Shown here: piece by piece, positions 51,384-59,106 of the stretch
How the letters are laid out: every line of letters begins with the position of its first letter
Position numbering within the stretch: the first letter of the stretch is position 1
IMG/VR virus record: IMGVR_UViG_3300048838_001273
Span: 1-64,000 of that record
DNA length: 64,000 nt
From: a virus
Strand: one strand, 5' to 3'
Notes under the pieces: model-generated
What the model was told of the DNA's origin: nothing
Seen by the model: the letters and a program-made list of their open reading frames with translations, nothing else
Databases searched by the model: none
Program-made: the position numbers and the translations under genes

Positions 51384-52433
51384 TTATTGTTGTGCTGTGT
51401 TTGTCATACAATATGCATTTGCACTGGTATCAGTCGGATAGTTACTTATATATATCTTATAACTCTGACCACTCCAACATGACTCAGGCGAGTTAACGCT
51501 TACAGTACTTGGCGCATCAAATAAATCTGCAGGACTGCCAATGTTACCTTTATTGGTAGGACCTTCATACCAACCTAATTTAGTTGTACTTGCAGCAGGT
51601 GTTGCGAACCATAAATATTTATTAGTTTGTGAACCATATGTGATATTTATTTGTGCTGTACTTGTTGCAACAACCTTACTACCTGTAGCAAGCAATGCTG
51701 AATCTGCTGTTGGTTCGCTTGCGCTCACACCATAAAAATATGGGTATAATCCGGTTAACGAAGCATTACTTGCTGTTGTATTTCCAGCACCCAATGGTGA
51801 ACTAAAATCATTATCTTTATTTGATTTTGGTTGAACACCAGCATCATAGAATGTACATGAACCCCAAGTATTTGCACCAGCACCTACAGTATAACCTGTT
51901 ACTTCTTTAATTACGGGCGATGTTGTACATGAATATGTGCCAGCAACCTGTGTACCACTAAAAACATAACTATTTGCTGCACCACTTCTAAATGGTGAAG
52001 CACTACAACCTTGTGGGTTAATACTACCCCTACTAAATGTACTTGTTACATTAATTGATGGTAATACACAACCAACTTCACGTGTACCAGTTTGAGACAA
52101 CGATGTTGATGTTGAGGGAGCAGTAAGTGTTCCACAAATTTCAGGAAACAATAAATCCTGAATAATTTCATTACTTGTTTTTCCGGTTAACACATAACCA
52201 ACATCAATTCCACCAACAGCAACTGCAGCAGGTGATAATAATGGTGGTAAATATACTGTACTACCAGTAGCTGTAACGATATTATCATCAACATATTTTT
52301 TGTCAACGATTTGTGTATCACCAGTAAATGTTGGATGAGAACCGTATCTTGTATTACCGCTAAGAGTTAGGGTAGTACCAACGCTTTGTTCAACATGTTG
52401 GTCATCTATTTTAATTTTTGTATTAAAAGCCAT
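51384..52433 (-). CDS. Tail-associated protein (paralog family A)
   Basis: 'YPYFYG', 'YLWFATP' motifs; clear paralog of 53947..55104. Confidence 0.7.
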   Translation of the reverse strand: MAFNTKIKIDDQHVEQSVGTTLTLSGNTRYGSHPTFTGDTQIVDKKYVDDNIVTATGSTVYLPPLLSPAAVAVGGIDVGYVLTGKTSNEIIQDLLFPEICGTLTAPSTSTSLSQTGTREVGCVLPSINVTSTFSRGSINPQGCSASPFRSGAANSYVFSGTQVAGTYSCTTSPVIKEVTGYTVGAGANTWGSCTFYDAGVQPKSNKDNDFSSPLGAGNTTASNASLTGLYPYFYGVSASEPTADSALLATGSKVVATSTAQINITYGSQTNKYLWFATPAASTTKLGWYEGPTNKGNIGSPADLFDAPSTVSVNSPESCWSGQSYKIYISNYPTDTSANAYCMTNTAQQ

Positions 52434-52527
52434 AGTTTTTGTTTTTATTTAATCTCTTATTATTATTTTTCTGTTTCTAATAAATAGTTTCAAAACGCAT
52501 TAAGTCTTTTCACAACTGAAAATTTTT

Positions 52528-53934
52528 TTAATTTATAAATGCTGCAGTACTCCAAAAACATTTACTGTTGAAAATAAAGGTAATTGAGCCGTATTCTGTA
52601 TTAATTGTTGCCGTTGAGCCACCTACAATATGTTGTGATGGTACAGTAGAACATATACATATTGAATTACTTAAAGCATTTCCCGCAATATCTGAAACCA
52701 CAATTCTCTGTCCATCTTTTGGAGAAGCGGGTAAAAATATTGTAGTACCACCACTTGCACCAATAAAATCACTTTCAGTTGTTGCCGTATATCCCGTAGT
52801 TGTGAAATCAGCAACATTTAAAGTATTTCCACCCTGACTCTGAATAATTACAGTACTGCCAGATAGTGAAACCGATGTACTTCCACTACCAACAATATTT
52901 CTAAACTCTAATGTTTTATTATTTTTATTATCAAAAATACCAGTACCACCAGTAAATCCAATATTTGTTGCACCAGTTAACTCAACACCGCTACCACCAC
53001 TTGAAGTAGAAAAGAATACCAAAGTATCACCGACTTGAGTGATATTTGTGTCTCCACTTCCAACAAGTGTACGGAATTGTAATGTAGTTCCGGTTCTTTG
53101 TTTAAAAACCTCATTACCTATACCAACGTTCTGTCCAGTTAAAACACTTGAAACACCAGAAAAATGAATGAAATTATCATCAAAAGTAATTCCCATTGTG
53201 TCTGGAGTATCATTAATTATTGTTCTTAAATGTAAATCCTGATTAGTTTTATTTCTATAAATTGGATTTCCTATTGTTAGTGTAGTACCAGTTGTAAGAC
53301 TACCAGTTGGAGTGACTGAATTACTACCATTTGTCGTAAATCCTGTCCACTGTGTATTGGTATATCCAACACCTGCGTAAGATACTGGTACAACTAAATC
53401 ACCAACACTTTCGGCAACATTACCATCCATGAGTGTCCAAGCAGAAGTGTCTTGATAAAATACCCATGACTTATTCTGTAATGGATTATAATAACCACGT
53501 CTTTGTGCTCCATTATATACAGGAGTTCCTATTCTTACTATATCTGAAGAATCTATGTAGTAATTATTATATTGTGAATAGTAAAATCCATCATATCCTG
53601 AAGGAAATGCACTTAATGCAAGTCTCTGCACACCAGTAAATCCACTAAAAAAACCTAAATTTGTTGCACCAGTAATAAAGTCACCAACAATTTGTTCCGA
53701 AGCATACTTCTTTTCAATTAAATCAATGTCAGCTACACCCGCATAATACCAGTATTCGGTATTACTGCTACCAGTATTAATAAGTACAGTTAAACCAATA
53801 TGTCTTTCAGGAATACTTATTGCTGCATTTACTGCTGCAACAGAAACATAAGCGGTATTTCCACTGCTTAAATATTTTGCATTAACAGGTTTACCCGCAT
53901 TTATTCTAATATTATCATTTAAAATTATTGCCAT
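52528..53934 (-). CDS. Tail-associated protein (paralog family B)
   Basis: 'MAIILNDNIRINAGKP..AKY...GLTV...EYWY'; C-terminus similar to that of 45748..51351. Confidence 0.7.
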   Translation of the reverse strand: MAIILNDNIRINAGKPVNAKYLSSGNTAYVSVAAVNAAISIPERHIGLTVLINTGSSNTEYWYYAGVADIDLIEKKYASEQIVGDFITGATNLGFFSGFTGVQRLALSAFPSGYDGFYYSQYNNYYIDSSDIVRIGTPVYNGAQRRGYYNPLQNKSWVFYQDTSAWTLMDGNVAESVGDLVVPVSYAGVGYTNTQWTGFTTNGSNSVTPTGSLTTGTTLTIGNPIYRNKTNQDLHLRTIINDTPDTMGITFDDNFIHFSGVSSVLTGQNVGIGNEVFKQRTGTTLQFRTLVGSGDTNITQVGDTLVFFSTSSGGSGVELTGATNIGFTGGTGIFDNKNNKTLEFRNIVGSGSTSVSLSGSTVIIQSQGGNTLNVADFTTTGYTATTESDFIGASGGTTIFLPASPKDGQRIVVSDIAGNALSNSICICSTVPSQHIVGGSTATINTEYGSITFIFNSKCFWSTAAFIN

Positions 53935-53946
53935 TTTTATATGTTT

Positions 53947-55104
53947 TTAAATATTCCTTAATTGCATTACCGCAGTTGAACATGTTTGATAATTACTAAT
54001 ATATGCTTGATATGTTTGACCACTCCAACATATTGTTGTTATGTCTGTAATATTTGAAGCAGCAGGAAATAAATTACCACCCGGACTCACAGCACCACCA
54101 ATACTTCCTTTATTTGTTGCGTCAACATACCAACAAGTTTTTGGTGTAGATGCGACTGGTATTGCAAACCATATATAATCATCTGGGGTACTACAAAAAT
54201 TAATATTAATGGTGCTATTACTAAATCCCACATTTATGACAGGACCACTATTGACGTTTGAATTTCTACTTAAATCGGCAGCTATTATACAACTACATAT
54301 TGTCGTATCTGTCGGTCTATTAACACCAGCAGGACAACCACCACTTGCAATTTTTCCGAAAAAGTATGGATATATACCACAAACACTTACAACTTGTGGA
54401 GCAGTTACACCCGAAGAAAGTGGTGTATTATACGCAGTACCTTCACTACCTAAAGGTTGAACGCCAGCAGCATATGTTACACATGCAAACGCACTTCTAT
54501 TACCAGCAGCCACAGTATATGAAGGAAACGGTGATACTGATATACTTGATGAACTGGTTACACATGAATGACCACTAAAATAAAAATCATTCCAAGTATA
54601 ACATGTTGCTGCTCCACTTCTTTTATCACTCGCACTACAATATTGAGGATTAATACAACCTCGATTAAATGAAAGTGTTGCAGATAATGAGTTTAAAACA
54701 CATCCAACTTCATATGGATTTGTTACAGGCATTAAGAATGATGGCGAAGGTGCTGTAAGCGTACCAAATAATTCCGGTACTAATATACTTTGAAGTATAT
54801 TTTGGATTGAAGTTCCACTTATTGAAGTTCCGGCAGGTAATCCACCAACAGTACATGTTGTAGGAGAAGCACCATAATAAAATCCACTACCACTACCACC
54901 AGATATTGGTGTTAATTTAATTTTAGTCCCATCGAACACCAACGCATCACCAGCAGCAGTTGTACCGCCAGAAGTAGCATCTATTTCAATACCTTTTGAT
55001 TTTAAAACACCTGTAAAATCAGTCGTACCAGATAACGTCAACGTACTTCCAGTTAACTGCTTAAATTGTTCATCACTTAAATCAGGTCTTGCGAAGAATG
55101 GCAT
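53947..55104 (-). CDS. Tail-associated protein (paralog family A), Cys-rich
   Basis: 'YPYFFG', 'YIWFAIP', 'WSGQTY..YISNY.T'. Confidence 0.7.
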   Translation of the reverse strand: MPFFARPDLSDEQFKQLTGSTLTLSGTTDFTGVLKSKGIEIDATSGGTTAAGDALVFDGTKIKLTPISGGSGSGFYYGASPTTCTVGGLPAGTSISGTSIQNILQSILVPELFGTLTAPSPSFLMPVTNPYEVGCVLNSLSATLSFNRGCINPQYCSASDKRSGAATCYTWNDFYFSGHSCVTSSSSISVSPFPSYTVAAGNRSAFACVTYAAGVQPLGSEGTAYNTPLSSGVTAPQVVSVCGIYPYFFGKIASGGCPAGVNRPTDTTICSCIIAADLSRNSNVNSGPVINVGFSNSTININFCSTPDDYIWFAIPVASTPKTCWYVDATNKGSIGGAVSPGGNLFPAASNITDITTICWSGQTYQAYISNYQTCSTAVMQLRNI

Positions 55105-55244
55105 ATTTTTTAATTTAAATCTTTTATATTATTTTTCAAATTAAGCTAACTTAATGACCGTTCAGTAAGTTACCTAAACCGAAGTTTTCGCTTCGGTTTT
55201 ATTTATAATAAATACAAAAGAAAAGATTAAAAATTGCCGGAAAT

Positions 55245-55277
55245 AAAAAAACCCCGAAAGATTTTTCTTCCGGGGTT
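55245..55277 (-). terminator. Intrinsic terminator of the vWA/ARPP operon
   Basis: AACCCCG...CGGGGTT stem with U-run. Confidence 0.7.
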
Positions 55278-55295
55278 GCTATATTAAAGATTGTC

Positions 55296-56393
55296 TTAAA
55301 GACTAAATCTTTCTTGTTTTCTTGCTTTCTTCCTGAGTTCATTTACCTCACGAAGTGCATTTGGGTCGAACCTGTCACGTTTAACAACACTTACTAAGTG
55401 GTTAAATTCGTTTTCAGTAATTACCTGACCAACGTACCCTTCTGTTTTAAGAACAAAAGACTTTGGTGCAGTTCTTGAAGTTGACTGTCCTTCAGTATCT
55501 GCAGTTGCATTGAATGTAAGTTCAAGAAGTTCCTGAATCTTTTCATGCACGCTTGCGGTCATGGTCTGCTTTACTTTCTTCAAAGATTTTTCAAGCAAAT
55601 CAATGATATTATCCTGATGACTTTTCTTCATTTCATTGTATGTTTCGGTGAAAACATTCATTGAAGTCCTATTCTTTAACTCGCTGATAATTGCAAGTGC
55701 ACCGTAACAATCACGAATCATCAAATCCCAAACCTGTTCAGCGTATGTGAATGAAGGAAATTTATCGACTGCGACAATTTCACCATCAATCAACACAACA
55801 ATACCGATAAGATTTTTTGGACGTTCGAAGTGTGCAATGAACTGTTCGAGTTTCTTGTCATACTTATTAAAGTAAACGTCCAAGTAATTACCGGAATTAC
55901 ACTGAGTATCCTGTCCCAACTTCTGAATAGCAGGATAGATGTTACCGTGACCTGATGTTTGACCAACGGCATCGAATAACATTTCACGCATGGTTACTGG
56001 AATCATACGGAATTCCTGAGTACCACGGAAGTGTCCAGTCTGTCCACCCTGTACACAACCAGCATCATGATATGTAGTTTGTGCTTTAGGTTCAACATAA
56101 CCTGCCTTCACCATACCGTGGTTCTGAGCACTCTGTTTTGTCATAACAGCCATCTGAGCAGGAAGAATAACTTCCTTATTCTCTTTATTGGTGAAACTGA
56201 TTTGACCATATGAACTGTTACCAGCAGTCAATGAAGTCAAAGGATTAGCAAAACGCTCGTCCAATGAGAATTCTTTGTCAGTTGTTAAACACACGATTTG
56301 CATGTTCATAATTGACTGAACGATAATGTTACCTTCACTATCCTTGACAGGACGGCAACCTTTAAGTAATTCTGTGAAATCTCTTGTATTCAT
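55296..56393 (-). CDS. ARPP-1/DUF6569-like protein
   Basis: 'N....VILP...AQN......CVQ' and 'F......GIVVLIDGEIVAVDKF.S......W..MI...Y' match the ARPP pattern as recalled; needs HMM confirmation. Confidence 0.6.
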   Translation of the reverse strand: MNTRDFTELLKGCRPVKDSEGNIIVQSIMNMQIVCLTTDKEFSLDERFANPLTSLTAGNSSYGQISFTNKENKEVILPAQMAVMTKQSAQNHGMVKAGYVEPKAQTTYHDAGCVQGGQTGHFRGTQEFRMIPVTMREMLFDAVGQTSGHGNIYPAIQKLGQDTQCNSGNYLDVYFNKYDKKLEQFIAHFERPKNLIGIVVLIDGEIVAVDKFPSFTYAEQVWDLMIRDCYGALAIISELKNRTSMNVFTETYNEMKKSHQDNIIDLLEKSLKKVKQTMTASVHEKIQELLELTFNATADTEGQSTSRTAPKSFVLKTEGYVGQVITENEFNHLVSVVKRDRFDPNALREVNELRKKARKQERFSL

Positions 56394-56404
56394 GTTTTTA
56401 ATTT

Positions 56405-58039
56405 TTAAGCGTTAACACTAATTTTATTTGACCTCTTAACAGGTGCAGCTTCTAAAGCACGAACCTGATTTTCAAGCCACCTTGGGGTATCGATTTCCAA
56501 TAACCTTGCGTTAATCTGTGGCTGAAGTGCAACTGGATTATTGATTGCCATTGTGACAACACCCGAACCCAATTTACGAACATTAGCACCCATTTCAGCA
56601 CTGGTGATTGGTGAAATCTGGAAAATCGGAATGCTCCTACCAGATTCTGCTTGCCAGATTGAAATAACTTCGTTGGTTAGACCATCGTAAGCATTTTCAT
56701 AACCATCAGTTAAGATGAAAATCGCATCATAAGGACGTGCAGTATTTTCTGATTTAAGCAATTCAATGAATGAACTTGCCAAGTCAGTAATTTCGTCACG
56801 AGTCTTAACAAATGTTGCAACATCTGCTGACCTACCCAATACCTTTGCAGTGAAATCAGCAATTGCCCTTGGAGTGTTCTTTGACTCAGCCTTATGACCA
56901 GTCATTGAAGCACTGTCATCGACAACAATACCAATACTCTGGTAGAAGAAACCTGCAATCTTTTTCTTTTCAGCAAGTTTACTAATTGCAACATTCAATT
57001 CAGGTGTGAAACCATTTTCATAACCTGTCTTGTAAAGTGCCATGAAGTCAGTTGCTTTTTCAAGTTCAACATGCTTTTCAACACCCAACTTCGCAGTACT
57101 TTTGGTCTGACGAACCTGCTGGTTAACCGAAGTTACCTTAACATTCTTACGAACCAAAGCCTTTGTTGCTTCTCTCTGAACAGCAGTTGCCCACATACTG
57201 TGGTACTGTGGGTGAGTTACAGAAGAAATTAAACCGAGCAATACTTCTTCCGGTACATTCTGAACATTGGTGATGTCAGTTTTTGCCTTCTGATATTCAT
57301 TTAAAATACTGAATTCACTGTAGTCAATACCAGTATCTCTTTTGAAGATGAATAACAATAACTTAAATGCACGAGTTGTGTCACCGTTAAAGTATTTCAA
57401 AAGCAAATCATTTGCAATACCCATTTCCTTTTCAGTTCCAATAAGAAGGTTGTTACCATAAGTAACGTACTTCTGTGCAATTGAAAGCAGAATTGAAGTT
57501 CTTTTTGTTCCATAGGTGTGCTTCAAAATATTTGCAAGTTTGTTACGGTACTTCAATGAATAGAATTCAAGGTTTGACTGACCCCAAATGAAGCCGAGTA
57601 CAATTTTCCTTGACCTTTCGTTGTTAATCCTTGATTTTTTCAAATCAATGAAAAGACGTAACGCATAGGTAATACCATTATCAGAACCTGCAAGGTTATT
57701 CAACGCACTAAGAACTGCCTTATCAGATAATCCATTATCATACCAGTCAATTGGATTAACTATATTACAAGCACCACCCCTATAGGTTTCTTTGAATTCG
57801 TTAAGCAATACCTCAGACACAAATCTTCCGGTAGCACCTTTTTGGCTTGCAATAATTAATGGAAGTTCCTTTGAAAGTTTATACATACTCCTAATCTGAG
57901 TCTGTAATGCCTTCATCTGTTCATCCTTTTTGTGGTAGTAAGTTGCTGAACTTTTGCTACCTGATGCAATTGTTAAACCTTCAATTAATGACTGCTTAAC
58001 GCTTGTAAGCATCTTCTGTGTTAATACCAATTTTTCCAT
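56405..58039 (-). CDS. Helical + vWA protein, divergent Ro60/TROVE-like candidate
   Basis: 544 aa; long helical N-terminus then vWA MIDAS 'VVDDSASM' and 'FILTDGYEN'; directly downstream of tRNA-like RNAs. Confidence 0.6.
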   Translation of the reverse strand: MEKLVLTQKMLTSVKQSLIEGLTIASGSKSSATYYHKKDEQMKALQTQIRSMYKLSKELPLIIASQKGATGRFVSEVLLNEFKETYRGGACNIVNPIDWYDNGLSDKAVLSALNNLAGSDNGITYALRLFIDLKKSRINNERSRKIVLGFIWGQSNLEFYSLKYRNKLANILKHTYGTKRTSILLSIAQKYVTYGNNLLIGTEKEMGIANDLLLKYFNGDTTRAFKLLLFIFKRDTGIDYSEFSILNEYQKAKTDITNVQNVPEEVLLGLISSVTHPQYHSMWATAVQREATKALVRKNVKVTSVNQQVRQTKSTAKLGVEKHVELEKATDFMALYKTGYENGFTPELNVAISKLAEKKKIAGFFYQSIGIVVDDSASMTGHKAESKNTPRAIADFTAKVLGRSADVATFVKTRDEITDLASSFIELLKSENTARPYDAIFILTDGYENAYDGLTNEVISIWQAESGRSIPIFQISPITSAEMGANVRKLGSGVVTMAINNPVALQPQINARLLEIDTPRWLENQVRALEAAPVKRSNKISVNA

Positions 58040-58068
58040 AATCTATATGTGTTTAAAATTTCGTTCTG

Positions 58069-58099
58069 CAATAATAACAATTATAATTCAATTTACAAA
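58069..58099 (-). promoter_or_regulatory. Bacteroidetes-type promoter (near consensus) for the vWA/ARPP genes
   Basis: TTTG-N19-TATTATTG. Confidence 0.5.
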
Positions 58100-58106
58100 A
58101 AAAATC

Positions 58107-58160
58107 AAAAAAAAAATGGGTGAGATGAAACATTTCTGCTCCAAGTCCCCACCCATTTTT
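58107..58160 (-). terminator. Terminator ending the ncRNA operon
   Basis: AAAAATGGGTG...CACCCATTTTT stem running into a U10 tract on the minus strand. Confidence 0.6.
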
Positions 58161-58193
58161 CATTTTGGAATACTCTTCTTCTAAAAAAAAAGA

Positions 58194-58284
58194 GAAGAAG
58201 TTCGGTTGTATTTTGGTAAGTTTGTCCCGCCTCTCATGAGCGGGATTACATTTTTCAATTTACTGTAAACACAGCCAGTTCTTC
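58194..58284 (-). ncRNA. Y-RNA-like RNA unit A
   Basis: 5' GAAGAA pairs with 3' UUCUUC; GUGUUUACAGUAA motif opposite CUUAC..AAAUAC; inner UCCCGC/GCGGGA hairpin. Confidence 0.65.
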
Positions 58285-58494
58285 CACCAAATTTCTTGTT
58301 TTTGAAAAACTCAGTACTTCTACTTAGAAAACCATTCTTAACCTCTCGTGCGTTTAAAACGCAAATTCAAATGTTAGGTGGTATGCCCCTTTTTTGTTAA
58401 AAAATTCTGATACCAACAGCCAAAAACTTTAAGCAGTGGGGTTTGCTTAATATTAAATAAATCTTATTTGCTAACCGTCACCACTTAATAACTT

Positions 58495-58634
58495 AGGGAA
58501 CATTTTAAAAGTATTTGTTGTTTTTAATGCAAGTTTAACCGACTTGTGACTTAACCGCTTGTCTAATTTTCAATTTTGGCTGAAAATGAAGGATTCGAAC
58601 CTCCGTATTACTGTAAACACTTTTCGTTTTCCCT
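58495..58634 (-). ncRNA. Y-RNA-like RNA unit B: circularly permuted tRNA mimic
   Basis: AGGGAA/UUCCCU ends; motif; T arm GGAGG-UUCGAAU-CCUUC; closed acceptor AUUUUCA-GCCAAAAU-UGAAAAU; D arm GAC-AAGCGGUUAA-GUC; anticodon arm CAAGU-CGGUUAA-ACUUG. Confidence 0.8.
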
Positions 58635-58700
58635 TTGTACTTTAAAGAACGTTACCCCGAAGTTTGTGTTGCCACAGGGACAACGGGGAATTATAATTTT

Positions 58701-58776
58701 AGAAGAAATTCGTTAGTCTTGTGTTGTAAGTGTCTGATTTACCGTCAAATTTACTGTAAAAACTATCAGTTCTTCT
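58701..58776 (-). ncRNA. Y-RNA-like RNA unit C
   Basis: AGAAGAA/UUCUUCU ends; GUUUUUACAGUAA motif opposite CUUAC; inner UUUGA-CGGUAAA-UCAGA hairpin. Confidence 0.7.
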
Positions 58777-58781
58777 TTTTG

Positions 58782-58854
58782 TAGCGGGAGAGGGATTCGA
58801 ACCCCCGACCTCTTGGTTATGAGCCAAGCGAGATACCACTTCTACCATCCCGCA
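58782..58854 (-). tRNA. tRNA-Met(CAT), initiator-like, CCA not encoded
   Basis: Acceptor UGCGGGA/UCCCGCU (1:72 mismatch), anticodon arm CUUGG-CUCAUAA-CCAAG, T arm GGGGG-UUCGAAU-CCCUC. Confidence 0.85.
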
Positions 58855-58892
58855 ATATAAAGGGTTTTTGTGAAAAACCCTTAAAAACTTTG

Positions 58893-59028
58893 TGGGGAGA
58901 ACAGGACTCGAACCTGTAATCTATTGATTTCAACTCAATTGCTTTACCTTTACTGAAAACACTACGAGTTCTCTCTGTGAAGAGAGCAGTGAGATAGTAT
59001 TTCTTGTTTTTGTTTTTGCTATCTCCCC
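58893..59028 (-). ncRNA. tRNA-like RNA unit D with ~65-nt insertion in the D-loop
   Basis: Acceptor GGGGAGA/UCUCCCC; T arm ACAGG-UUCGAGU-CCUGU; anticodon arm AUUGA-GUUGAAA-UCAAU; insertion carries GUGUUUUCAGUAAA. Confidence 0.75.
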
Positions 59029-59074
59029 ATGTAAAAAAATTCATTTCTTAAAAGAACGTTGTCCAAAGACTCTG

Positions 59075-59106
59075 CAAATATAAAACACCTTTTTTTAATA
59101 TGCAAG
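59075..59106 (-). promoter_or_regulatory. Bacteroidetes-type promoter of the RNA operon
   Basis: CTTG-N20-TATATTTG. Confidence 0.75.

Noticed and set aside
29283-55104. Diversity-generating retroelement or invertase shufflon acting on tail fibres
   Set aside because: No reverse transcriptase or site-specific recombinase is in the window; repeats are direct, in-frame and do not show adenine-specific differences
58194-58976. Possible CRISPR array from the repeated TTACTGTAAACAC motif
   Set aside because: The repeat is short and degenerate, spacing is irregular (~140-350 nt), intervening sequences are tRNA-like, and there are no cas genes
58893-59028. Calling unit D a functional tRNA-Ser(TGA) or tRNA-Phe
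   Set aside because: G32, the short variable loop and the large D-loop insertion are inconsistent with a normal decoder
58817-59044. 75-aa ORF
   Set aside because: It coincides with tRNA-like unit D and tRNA-Met; the RNA structure explains the sequence
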